A stretch of 55,268 bases of DNA, the filler included, from Catajapyx aquilonaris (Eukaryota): the NCBI GenBank assembly GCA_000934665.2. It is 2 parts of 2 records of this genome, joined end to end, with 100 filler letters (N's around TTAATTAATTAA, not from the genome) between each part and the next. Parts side by side here need not be neighbours in the genome. Positions count along the whole stretch, not along the records: positions 1 to 27,630 come from JYFJ02005039.1; 1 more part is not named here. One strand, written 5' to 3'. This document shows, one piece after another, positions 1 through 12,150 of the stretch (position 1 is its first letter; every line of letters begins with the position of its first letter). Both the position numbers and the translations under genes were made by a program. The notes below the pieces were generated by a model. The model was not told where the DNA came from and did not search any database. It saw only the letters and a list, made by a program, of their open reading frames with translations.

Positions 1-1519
1 TGTAAAGAGATTACAGGATGCATTATCCAATTCCGAGGTTGGCCTGCGGGCTGACATTACCCCCCAATGAAACGGATATTATGTTGGCAGCCCTGGCAGA
101 ATATTATGACGGCGTCCTTGTCAGATTCTCCGCTCTGTTGGCATCCACGATGGTCACATGATCAGAGTCATCCAATCACAGGAACGGATGCTCATCATTG
201 GCTGATTTGCATCACGTGACGAACGTGGTTGTCGTGTGACTTTTCTTATGACTAATAATTGTAATTTTTAATGTCAATTTTAACTTTCATTTTAAATTAA
301 AATAGTTTTTATACGTTAATTTTTAAGTACAAATTAAAATGGGCACGTGCCATGTAGCATGACACCCACATTCGTCACATGCTGCAGATTTGATTTTAAT
401 TTCACTTTTTTCACTTAAATGTAAACATTAATGTAAATTTTACTTACTTTTATTTAACCTTATTATTCAATAATATTCCTTGTTTTCCTATTTAGCAATT
501 GATTTATTCCATTTTTTATTTTCAAACTCATTTAGTTATTTAATTTTTATATATTAAATTTCGATTTGATAATTAATTTTAAATTTATCAGTCACCCCTG
601 CTAATCACATGATCCCAATTAGCCAATCCTCGCAATGTCTCCTCCCAATAATAGCCTGATTTACATCACGAAACAGTGACGGGCCAACAATCAATTTCCC
701 AATATAATAAAGGGGCCTTCCACTACATTGTTGCCAATGTTACTAAGAGGTTACTCCTCCCTTCAAAAGTTGCCCCACTCTGACCCACTCGGATGGTTGA
801 CAACAACATTTTCACTAAAATTGCCCCCCGAGTTAACCCTCAGCAGTGTTTTTTCGTCTTTAAAAAGATATCTCTCCAAAACACAATGCTCCTAAAAATT
901 TCCTCGAGCGCTCCGAAAGACACAATGCCATTGTCGTCCACTATTTTTTTTCTCTCTCCCCCTTCTTCCATAACTGAATGGAAAGTTTCACTTATTTGCT
1001 ACTGTTCACCCCCAGCATTTTCTTTTAATTTTTCTGTTTGTTTTTGAAAGCTTCCCTTATACCGGTATACATAAAAAAGTGAATTGGTATCGACAGTTTT
1101 ATTTGATGAGGAAAAAAAATTGATCCNGGGGGGGGTTCCCATGAAACATCCTGATCTTCCCAGCCAATAATATAATCAGCGAACACCCCCGCAGAAATCG
1201 ACCAGTCTCCTTTCTTTTTTTTTGTTTGCAAGGAATTTTTACGTCGGGTCATTACTAGTTGCTATTACAACCTTATGTGTCTTTAACAACAGACAAGGCC
1301 AATGGCCCTCCCATGCAATATAAAAGCCCGAACTGGAAAGGTCAGTATTGCAATTCGGACGTGCGAAATAACTGTTAGTGCCCCTATTATATGCAAGTGG
1401 GGCAAGTAACAGCTACCTGGTACTAATCAATGAGAAAAATTTCTGCATTGTGTTGTATAGACCCCGTCTTTGCTTGAGTGACATGGAGGCTTGAAGCGGC
1501 CACTACTTGCTTCGGAAAC

Positions 1520-2200
1520 AATATGCTGCCAACACGGAACCTCAAATTGCCCATCCCCGATTGCATGTTGATATCGTAGGAATCTGTTGGCAGCCATGAA
1601 TAATATGAAGCCAAAACGCTTAAGCAAATGTTGCCAACACACACGGAAATTGACGCCGGATTAGTCTAGCCTCTAGCGGAAATTTCAACCTGAGACGAAG
1701 CCAGAGACGACCCAACTCTGCACGAGATGAAGGAGGGAACCCCGGGCTGGGATCGAACCCGGGGACCTTAACATCCGTGGGCGCGTGCGTTACCGCAGCG
1801 CCACTCCGCCTCCCCTTGAGAAGCAATGTTACCAACACGGAAACCCAAACCATACGATTGTCGGTTGATATCGCAGAATTCTGTTGGCAGCAATGAGTGA
1901 AATCTGAAGCGAAAAACGTTACTTTGCTTGAAAAGCAATATTTGCCAATTGCGAAAAACGCAAAACTATAGCCATTCGATCGCATTCGATCGCCTGATGA
2001 CATCGTAGGATTTCTGTTGGCAACAATGAATGTTGCTTGGAAAGCAATGTTGCCAACACCCAACACGGAAACGCAAATAATTGGCCGCCGGATTCTTCCC
2101 CCTCATCCACGAATTCTGTTGGCAGTACTGGAAACCGGCAGTACCAACCGAATTCATCCACGTTGGTTTCGTGCCGGTGAATTGGCAACACTGATTTGGT
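1520..2200. repeat. Degenerate ~110-bp tandem repeat (aatgttgccaacacggaa...ttctgttggcagc units), interrupted by a SINE
   Basis: Four to five diverged copies of tgccaacacggaa / ctgttggca(g/a)c motifs are visible directly. Confidence 0.6.
1690..1815 (-). mobile_element. tRNA-derived SINE head (truncated copy)
   Basis: Minus strand has A-box-like TGGCGCTGCGG and B-box GGTTCGATCC; nearly identical to 41690-41813. Confidence 0.8.
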
Positions 2201-2443
2201 CACGTGATCCAATCAGCCAATCACAGCGATAGATGCTCCTGATTGGCTGATTTGTCTTAATTTTTAAAACAAATTTGTTAGTACGTGCACCTGTAATTAT
2301 CACAGGTGCACGTACTAACAGTTCAAGGAGCTGGATTGGCAACACTGGCTGGTCAAAGTGATCCAATCAGCCAATCACAGTGATTGATGCTCACTGATTG
2401 GCTGATTTTATAACTCAATCAATCAGCTTTGGCTCCTTCCCGA

Positions 2444-2486
2444 TCAAACAAACAAACAAACAAACAAACAAACAAACAAACAAACA
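2444..2486. repeat. (AAAC)n microsatellite
   Basis: Seen directly. Confidence 0.95.
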
Positions 2487-3611
2487 GGCAAGTAGAGGTG
2501 CATGTACGATCAGCTGTGCTCGGACACAACATTACCACCGGTCCTAAAACCCGCCCTCAATGATTCTTGCATAACTATCAAGTGAGCCTTGAAAACTTCA
2601 ACATTCCCCCTCCAACAAGAGCTCGGGAGCAACTAAACCTGTTGGTCAGCTTCTCTAAAAAAATTTAAAAAAATGCACGTGCTCAGTCGATACAAAAATT
2701 CTCCCAATATAAAAACCTCCCACAGTAAACCCCTGGTACGTGTATTCCTGCTTCTTTGTCTCCCCCCCCCATAAACTCACCCGTGGGTTTTGTTGTTGTC
2801 AAATGGCCGGGTGGTTCCTCTCCATCAGCTCCTTTGACCCGACCGTGACCCCCGATCATCCATGTTGACCCCACACATGCAGTATGATGTTCAACCGGCG
2901 TACATTTCCCAGCGGTATTAGTGAAAAAGAAATAAAAGAGACCTCCACTCTATATAGGTATGGCAAGTCCGACTGACAAACAACGACTGGAGCACGGACT
3001 GGAGTTTCCAGTCGGCGGGAGGGGAAGGCCAAAGCTGGTGGTGGGGGAATTACAAGGGGTGGAAGGTTTGTGCTGGGGGAGAAAGAGAGTCACTCTGAGA
3101 GAGAAAAAGTGCAGGCGAGACTCGATTGTGGCGCCATTGCCGGCTGCCGGCAGAGCTGTCGGAGAAAGAGAAAGAGAGAGGTGCCATCTGGCCATTGGGG
3201 AAGGAAGCTGCTTATCAACATTTCGATGTAATATATCCCCCTTAGCAACAACATTGAACAATAATCCCACTTTTCATGTTAACAGCATGGAGATGCTTCC
3301 ATTCATATGCATATTGTACACAATAGAAAAACAGACTGGGACTATATAGACATACGACATATGTTGTAATAGGACACCCAGTGATAGTCCTCTTTGGCAC
3401 AGTGTTTCTCAAGCTTTTTTTTTGACCGTGGCCCACTTATGGATGGTCAAAACTGTGATCCCTTGTTTGGCCCACTTTGGCCCACTTATTACCATACCCA
3501 CACGCCTATACGTGAGCAATTATCATTAGGCAACTAAACCTGTAACAGCTGTGATGATTAATTTGGTTGCTTTCTCCTATTGCTTTTTTTTTGACTGGGC
3601 TTCTATAGGTA

Positions 3612-3725
3612 GTGGAAGAAGCCCGAGAAAACCTACGCAAACACGGAGATAACTCAATGAAAATTTCATATGTTCTACCCGGGTATCGAACTCGGGACCT
3701 CAGACGAGTAATGTCCACTACCATT
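3612..3725 (-). mobile_element. Degenerate V-SINE-like fragment
   Basis: cccgagaaaacctacgcaaacacggaga...atcgaactcgggacct matches the copy at 41960-42080; B box GAGTTCGATAC on minus. Confidence 0.65.
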
Positions 3726-5948
3726 GAGTGGAAATAATAATAATTTTTGTAGATAACAATCCAGCATTGAGAAAATGTTCAATTCAGAATAAATTATGAA
3801 GCTGTTTCTCACAGGCTTGTTCCTGTTAGTAAAAGTAACCACTTCCTTCCTCCTAACGTTTGCTTATCAATGACGCTGACGTAAGTCCTGATTGGATTTG
3901 TGTACGTATTGATGCGATAAGCTAATTCGTACGAAGCAAGTTGTAGAATAACCAATTTTTACTTTCGCAAAAACATTACCAAATTGTATAAGCTGCTAGT
4001 CGTATATAAGGTTCCAGAATAACAATAGTGAAAATCTTGCAGAGGGATAGAGAGAGCTTTATTGTAGTTTCACAGAGTGATGGCTGTTCCACATTCGTGC
4101 AAGGCCTGAGTTTCCCAGATTCAGTAGACATAAATATATTATGAGTAAAAATATGTATGGATAGAAGAATAATGCAAGGTTATATCGGGAACTGTCAGTA
4201 ATGTAGGGTGAGATCCTCTCACCAGAACTTTCATTCATGACTCGAGTCGGCGTGACGATGACTGGCGCATTGTGGTGTTAAAACAAAATGAATGGTAATA
4301 CTGCATTTTTTTTGCATGTAAATGACAAGTGAAACTGAAGCATCTTTGGGGTCATTATAAGAGTATGTACATTAATTTCTTTCCCAAACTCAATAAAAGA
4401 AACAAATCTAGATTGTCAACTGTAGGCTACTTATGTTACAAAACAATGTTTTAATTAATCTACTTACCTACACTTGCTATTGTAGTCGCGCTTTACTATG
4501 CTTCCAATTATATTTAAAGCAGGGTATCAAGTTTATCCTCTACCACTGTATAGTGAGTGTAGATATAAATATGTTTTGTACAGTTAAGGATATTATTTAC
4601 AAATAAGAGCTATGTTTTGAACGGAAACAAATTTTCAAATAACGCCAAAAGATAGAGACATAGCAAGATAATGATGAATAACAATATTATTAGCATGTTG
4701 TTATTTTGTACTCTTATCTATGTCACCATGCATTATTTTAACATAGTGTAAAACAGCATATTCTGGAAGCATGCGAAAGAAAAATTACAGGTTACAAAAA
4801 CAGATTAAATAACAAACAAAAGGTCAGCTCATATTCTGTCCCCTGGAATAAGGGCAGCGCCTATACTTATAAACGTTTTAACTCTTGGCACAAGAGTACA
4901 TAAAAATTAAAAACAAAATAAAAACCTCCTCACAAAAATATGGCAAGTTTCTGCTAATATAACAGTAAGTCTGTCGCCAAGCAGGCCATTTCCTTAGTTT
5001 TCTTCCTTCATTGGTCCATAAGGAAGACAAGCCTAATTGTCATTGGTTCATTCTCTTATCTGAAAGGTAAATAAAAACCAGTAATTAATGTATATTACAT
5101 GCTGGCTTAAATTGTTCCATTATTATGAAATGTATCGAGTACAAAGATTAGGCCTACATTCAAGTATATTCTAAGACCTAAGCTACGATGAACATCATTT
5201 AACTTTAAATTCGAATTAAAATTAATTAGTGTGAAGCAATTTCAAGTGTACATCAGATCATAATAAAACAGCACCAAATAAAATATTGGAAAACTCCATT
5301 CACTTTTTCAACAGAATTTATAGCAATGTCAAAAATTTTTAAATTTGTAACTTTCAACATCGCATTTATATTTTAAGAAATCCAAAGCATGCCTGTATGA
5401 TTTGTATAGAAAACTGGGCTTCAAATTATTTTGTAATATAAATTAATATTATTTATCTGTGCTGAAAATTAGAGTAGACCACTGAAAATAGTTCCTCGAC
5501 ACTTTTTTTTTTTGTTGTACTCAAATATTTCTGTTTATTAATATTAAAACATTCAATCCCAACCTAACTCCAATAAAGATTTTCTAACATTATATTCTAA
5601 TTATATTAGGCAGAGGATTGCTTAAATTATTAAGTTCCTGAGACAGCTTGAAGCATCTAGGCCACTGCAAGGTAAATATCCTGGCAACTATGCAACCCTT
5701 CGTGAGATCATGCCTTTGCAATTAAAACTTCGGGCACATCAATTGCAGTAAAGCAAAACCAATAAAAGATTAGTAACAATCCAGGTCAAAAGTTGACCTT
5801 TTATAACGTTTATTATAGTTCACTTATTCAGTGTTAGCATTGATTAGTTTCCTCGGTGCTGTGTAAATGGCCTATTTGTTCATTGCTTCATTGTAGGTAA
5901 TGCACTGCACCTGAATGGTTTTATCAGAAGACCTGGCTTGCTGCTGCT

Positions 5949-8900
5949 TCACTTGAGGATGGGTGTCGGATTGACCACCCTTCCCATGAAAAGGACACTG
6001 CCACTGTGGTAGTCCCAGATGAAGAACAAGAAGGCGTGATCCACTTCGAAGTACTTCTCTCCGAATGTTCCCAGTCGCTCCAGACCTGCTGAGGTCGCAG
6101 CAGTGGCTTCAGCACCTTCTTCGCGAATCTCCAAAGTGGTCCTGGAATCACAAAAATCAAGGTGATAAAATCACATTCGCATATTAAACGCAAAATATGG
6201 GGGACAATTCTGTGATTTACCTAATGTGAATGCAAGACCGAAAATTTTCACTAATTTGCGTTTATGTAAGTGTTGCAGCTGTTGCTTATACAAAACGGTG
6301 AACTCTCAATTTTTAGTTAATAATTAACTTATAGAATTATACTAAATGTGAAGGAAGATATTTATTTCAGAATTTACTTATTGAGTCGGTTGGGAGAAAA
6401 TGCTCACAGCCATTCAAAACAAATGGTTACCATTCAACTGAAAGTAATTTAAATTGAGCAGCAAACCACAAAATATTTTAGAAATACATGTAGCCTATAT
6501 TACAATCATGTGATTGCTGCTTCTCATTGAACTAGCTTCTGAGGTGTACAATTAATTAATTTCTCATAATATGTTCTTTATTTGTATCATAATTTATATA
6601 ATTTATTACCTATCACAATATTTTCTTTTCTCCTTACCCATACTTAGGTATGTGCACTTGAAAAATGAACAATTTTATACATTATACTCACTTGTGTGCA
6701 ATACCGCTGACGTACAGCTTGTCTTCTTCGGATATTGCGCTCAGGTCAGATTTGTCCTGTAGGAAGATGTCGGATAGACCCATTTCACGCAAGGCAGGAA
6801 CCATGTTGGACCTGAACTCTGACTTGAAGCGTGGCAGCCTGATGTTCACTATCTCGTCCTGCAAAGGAATGTTGATTTAAGACCCAGTGTGTAAACAAAT
6901 ATGGATATTAAGCCGAATAAGTTGTAAAAAGCCCAAGAAGCCAATTCAACTATAAAATAATGTGGAATTAATTTTTCAATGTCTAACTGCATATTGTTGT
7001 ACCCTGAACAGTGAACATTCAAAAATATTAATACATATACATATTCATGATTTTTCATTCGCAATATTTGCAGATTAAAAACTAACTTTGAGAGTAGAAA
7101 AGAGAGCCTTGATGTTGTCCGAAGTTAGGTTTCCTTCCAAGGCGGACAGACCCCTGTCCAGGTCATCGGGCAAGAGGATGAAGAGGGACACTCTTCGCCT
7201 CTGGAAGGGCAGTTCCAGGACCCTGCACTCCAGGGACGGGCTGTATCCCAACGGTAGCTTGAATTTCCCGATCATCATCGGTATCTCGAAGCTGAAGTGG
7301 AAAAACTGGGTTTCAGCTCAAAAGATGTACACAAAGAAGAAAATAAAGCGCACACCTGGTTCAAAAAACCATTCATGGAAATCTTTACATCGAAATCGTG
7401 ACTAATACGCATGAGAAAAATCGTACACCTTTTTTTGTCAGCCCAAAACTGCTCGTTCTTAGAAGGCATCAAAACCTGTTGGAGAATCAGCAGGTGTTAA
7501 GGTCTAAGGCGCGTTATGATTAATACCAAGTGTGTGACCTAATTAATGTATATGCCATTGTTAATGAATGGGCCATTTAAAAAAATATTTGCATATCAAT
7601 GTCATCTTGTGCGTTGAATATTACAAAGGTGGGCAGTGAACTAAAATGCTTTGCCATTTTTCTAGTACGGGTCATAGGGCATGAAGAGACCTATTTGTCC
7701 ATTCAATCAGAAAAGAGGAGCAATTCAGTAGCTGACTGTACGGAGAAAGTTGTTCAATCAGTTCTTTCTCTGACTTACTGTTAGAGCAATAAAGTTTAAT
7801 AAACGTGTTTTTATACATGTTGTACCTGAAACTTATAATAAATCAACCGGAACAATGATCACAACTGAAACGTAAACTTTGAGGAACAAAAAATATATAT
7901 ATACGGTAGCACAATATTCTGAGAAAATAATTGGCAGACATAAAACTCCCACTAATTACCGTTTCTTGTAGGTGATGTAAAATAGACCTTTATCGAATGT
8001 CTGGGCTTCATCAAACCGGTACAACCAGGAGGCTTTGAGAGCCAGCGCATTCACCAGCACCAGTCTGGCATCCGGAGGCAGCGGATGAGACACCAGATCC
8101 GTGATCTTCCCATCAGTCTTCTGGCTGCAATTAAAACACAGAAAAATCAACCAACTGGTGAAAATTAGAATGATGACCTCTAGTTGTAAAAGCCAGACAA
8201 AAATAAATAAATAAATAGAAGCTTTGTCCTCTAATATTCTGGGTCGGTCAGGGCCACCAACTCCTGTGATTCCTATCTAAATGGGGAGGGGAAAAAACGG
8301 TTTTTCTTTTCCGACTCCTTCTGACCGAAACGCGAAGGTGTTCAACGTACCTTATCCATCGGTTGATCTGTTCTCTGGCCGATTCCTCGTTGCCTGCGAA
8401 ATCCAGATCGTCCACTGTGCTCTTGTAAAACTCCTGCACGGCCCGCTGGTAGTAAGGAGACAGAGGAACTCCGGTCTGCTTGTACACCTTGTTCGCCATG
8501 TGCAGGATGTCCTGGTAGTAAGATTCTTCGAAGGTCTCCAGGACAGACTAGAGAGAGTGAGAGAAACGCATTGAATTGCTATATAAATATAACATATAAT
8601 AAAGAAGAAAGTTTTTATGTATGTCCGGGCTACCTAACCGACTTCCGGACTACTGATAGCCCTAACCATAGCCACAGGTCGTCATGGCTACGGGATTCTG
8701 AAGTTCCCGTGCGAAGAACGGGTATCCTGCTAGTAATATATATTATACAGTAGACGAATTTGCTTGGATTTGTGTCTTTTTCTTGTCCGAGGTGCAGAGA
8801 GGGGTAATGAGCCATCTGTGTGAGATACATGGCACTGCGTTCACTGGGAGAGCACAGTGTTGCCGTTTTGGGAATGGGTTCACTCTCGCATATTTTAAAT

Positions 8901-9826
8901 ATAAATAAAGGCACTCTCTACTTTAATAAGAGAAAAGCACCTCCGTATTGCCATAGTCATCTCCAGACTGATTGCCACATTCATTTCCATAAACACAAGG
9001 CTCATGGACTTATGCAACTAAAACTTTTCAACTATGCATGATACTTCAATACTTTATATTATTAATAATATTTGAATACTTTAAAAAGAAAAAAAGCACG
9101 TCCATATGGCCATAGTCATCTCCTTATTGCAACATTCATCCCCATGTTTCCATATATACACAAGACCCTTGGATATGCAACGCAAAATTTCCAGCTATGC
9201 ATACTGTAATGTTCTTAATGCACAATTTAAAAAATACAGGCCCTTAAGTGGAAATGTAATAAAATCGGCAATAAAATCAACCAAGGTGGTTCATTACGAC
9301 AAAATAATTTAGGTCTCGGACGATTTTATACGTATTTTTGAGCCGTCCTTTAGGTGCAAAAGAGTGTCATGGTCTCCATGGCCACGCGCATATTCATGCG
9401 TGGAAAAATATCTACAAAACTCGCCGTACCTTGAAGGTGCTGTGGACGTCCGCATAGCTGAGGTTTGTGTAATGTAGAACCTCTCTCAGCTGGAGAGATG
9501 TGTTGGAACCGGGTCCAGCACCGAGGAACAGCATGGAAAGCACTGTGGCCAAACTGGACGGCGAAAACATCACATTTTCCTTACTTCCAGCATGTGTTGC
9601 CAAACTGGAATTTTTTTAAAACAAATTGTGTTTATGTCAGTTACATTCAACTGAAATATAAAAAAATTATGTACCTTCGATACAAGCTGAGACAGAACTC
9701 AAAATGGGCCCTGGAGACCCTCTGCAGCTTGGACCCATCCACTCCGACCCTTCCGACAACCAGGGGCAGAAGAAGTGTCCCACCAAGCAGTAGGAACATT
9801 TTGGGCAGCCTGGACCGTGGTATCAT
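5949..9826 (-). CDS. Secreted serpin (serine protease inhibitor family), 7 coding exons, ~417 aa
   Basis: Exons 9826-9675, 9604-9430, 8547-8351, 8124-7960, 7291-7087, 6858-6692, 6141-5949; all GT-AG and phase-compatible (1254 nt). Serpin motifs NVMFSPSS, LVLVNAL, ILLPD, RLPRFK, hinge EEGAEATAAT, C-terminal FEVDHAFLFFI...LFMGRVVNP. Hydrophobic signal MFLLLGGTLLLPLVVG (alternative start 9799). Confidence 0.93.
8579..8733 (+). mobile_element. Short non-autonomous Helitron-like element in serpin intron 2
   Basis: 3' hairpin CCCGT-gcgaaga-ACGGG (8706-8722) followed by CTAG|T (8730-8734); AT-rich 5' part, 5' boundary approximate. Confidence 0.6.
8934..9201. repeat. Diverged direct duplication (~105 bp x2) in serpin intron 2
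   Basis: aaaagcac..ccatagtcatctcc..acattcat..cacaag..tatgcaac..ctatgcat occurs near 8934 and again near 9092. Confidence 0.7.
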
Positions 9827-10402
9827 CTCTCGTGGTGTCCACAACAGAGTCCCAACTGCTCCGAAGGGACCAGAGAGAATAAGGCTCACAGAAGAAGAAG
9901 AAGAAGAAGGAGACACTGGCGCCGTGGCGCCATTCACGACTAAACTAGCGATGAATAGAAAAAGGGTCCGGTCTGGAGCCTATCCTGGTTGGCTGGACTT
10001 GATCGTTTAATTACAGGACGCCGAAAATCATTGAGCGGGAAGCTGCGAGGGGGTTCTCCGGGAGAAGTTGAATGGGCCAAACCGGTCCTTCCAAGATGGA
10101 AAGGTGGAGCTTTTTTTCTTTCATGGTGGGGAGGGGATAATGGGAGTAATGGTCTTCCCCCAACCACCCACTATACCCACCCAAAACCCAGCCAAGCCAG
10201 CCAGCTCTTTTTTGATGAGGGTGCGGTATCGTCTGGAACCAAGGTTACACCTTGTAATCAAGACTAGACGTGGCCGCTGGGCCCATTTGTTTGGGAAGCT
10301 GACCGTGTGCATCTTTTCCAAAGGGTCACAGAACCGTGGTGCAACATAGGAATATTCAACTCTTCCGGATTTGTCTCAAAGAAACTTCAGGACATGTCAA
10401 AC

Positions 10403-10544
10403 GGGGTGAGATTGTGCCAGCGAATTTTTGGACAACAGTGCGCCCTACTGTTAGGCATGTTTCACTACATTTATGGATGGTCAAGGTTGGAAAATGACAA
10501 TGGAATTCGCAAAAAAAACAAATGCGCTGGCACAATCTCACCCC
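10403..10544. mobile_element. MITE-like inverted repeat
   Basis: ggggtgagattgtgccagcg ... cgctggcacaatctcacccc (20-bp inverted pair). Confidence 0.55.
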
Positions 10545-10783
10545 ACCTGGCACAAACTCATCCCAATTGAAGGGATATGTCAAACCTGCCACGTTTGGGA
10601 CCTTTTCACCGGATTTGCTTTTAGCTTATAACGGTTCTGGCTTGTCAATGTCACTGGAATCTAGGCTTGTCATTCAGGCTAAGGTCGAAGGGTACCGGTG
10701 GCTGTAAATATTTTATGCTTCTCTAAAACTGCTTCAGGGGCATTGCACCAACACAGAAAGCAACAAAATGACCCAAAAGACGA

Positions 10784-10978
10784 CACTGTAAACCTCAAAA
10801 CATTAAAAGAGAATCACTGATGGTGAGTCTCCCATAGAACATAAATTACCTCTTGTAATTATCTTTTCGTGCGTTTTTTTTGTACAAATAAATGAAGCAT
10901 TACTAGAGTATTAGAAGAGCATTAAAAATTGATTCTCCATGGGAGGCTCACCCTTTTCATGTTTTGCGGTTTACAGTG
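10784..10978. mobile_element. MITE with CACTG...CAGTG termini
   Basis: cactgtaaacctcaaaaca / tgttttgcggtttacagtg plus internal inverted ggtgagtctcccat / atgggaggctcacc; no TSD seen. Confidence 0.55.
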
Positions 10979-11659
10979 TGTGCATACCTGATGCGATCCT
11001 CACATTAGCTGGACACCATGCTTGACACTAACTGACCAGCACTTGCTGTGTGTCCTCAGCCAACCTGACGTCTGCTCCTAACTCGCATTTGCTCGCCAGC
11101 ACCTTTGCGCCAGAAAAACTTGGTAAGTGGGTCAGGTTTCTCTCCAAGCCTCCGCTCAAAAGCACTCTCTCTTTCCTTTGAAATGCAGGAGAACCATTTT
11201 GAGGGTTAGTTTTTGGTGGGTGGGCCACCCCCTCTCTCAGGTTCTTTTTTTTCGCCCCAAATGTAGTAGGGGGGGAGATCGTTCTTTCCTATTACTGCTA
11301 ATCTAACCTACCTCAATCATGAAACTAGTGTTTCAGTCACGGTTCCATCAATAGGGTCACTCTCTGCTCAGATAAAGATTCTTTGTTTTCCCTTATTTTG
11401 GAAGGGGGTGTGTATACGTATCCACTTCTTTTTAGTATAGAAGGAGGTCTACGTGACGACGTGTATCACGTGCACGTCCCGCTCCACTTGGAACCAAGAG
11501 GATTCGAATTGGTGAAAGGAGACGACAAAAAGGACACCTTTTGTTATACATGCGAAGAGAGACTTCAACGCGCGAATAAGTGTGGAGCAAAGACTTCAAT
11601 GTGCGAATACGACAAAAATATTAATTACAACTAGACGCAATTAATCCAACACGTACATT

Positions 11660-12150
11660 ATCTGAATCCTTAATACACCTATGAATATTGTCCACACGAG
11701 TTCCTAAAGGAGTTTGTCTGAATCCTTACAACACATCTATTGACACCTCTACTGTTCTACATATTGTCCACACGAGTTCCTATAAAGGAGTTTGTCTGAA
11801 TCCTTACAACACATCTATTGACACCTCTACTGTTCTACATATTGTCCACACGAGTTCCTATAAAGGAGTTTGTCTGAATCCTTACAACACATTTATTGAC
11901 ACCTCTACTGTTCTACATATTGTCCACACGAGTTCCTAAAGGAGTTTGTCTGAATCACTATTACAACTATTGACACCTCCATATATTGTCCACACGAGTT
12001 CCTAAAAGAGTTTGTCTGAATCCTTACTATTGACACCTCCATATATTGTCCACACGAGTTCCTAAGAGAGTTTGTCTGAATCCTTACTATTGACACCTCT
12101 ACATATTGTCCACACGAGTTCACATAAGAAGTTTGAATCCTTATTACAAC
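11660..12150. repeat. Minisatellite, ~7 units of 60-78 bp
   Basis: atattgtccacacgagttcc recurs at ~11685, 11761, 11839, 11917, 11983, 12043 and 12103, with near-identical intervening sequence. Confidence 0.95.

Noticed and set aside
1740..1815. Functional tRNA gene (also 41740-41813 and 42045-42122)
   Set aside because: A/B boxes are present, but I could not close an acceptor stem and homology continues into a shared body; these are SINE heads.
9465..10010. 181-aa plus-strand ORF
   Set aside because: Antisense to serpin exons 1-2 and crosses an intron; no motifs.
11660..12150. CRISPR-like array
   Set aside because: Intervening segments are copies of each other rather than unique spacers, there are no cas genes, and the context is eukaryotic; it is a minisatellite.
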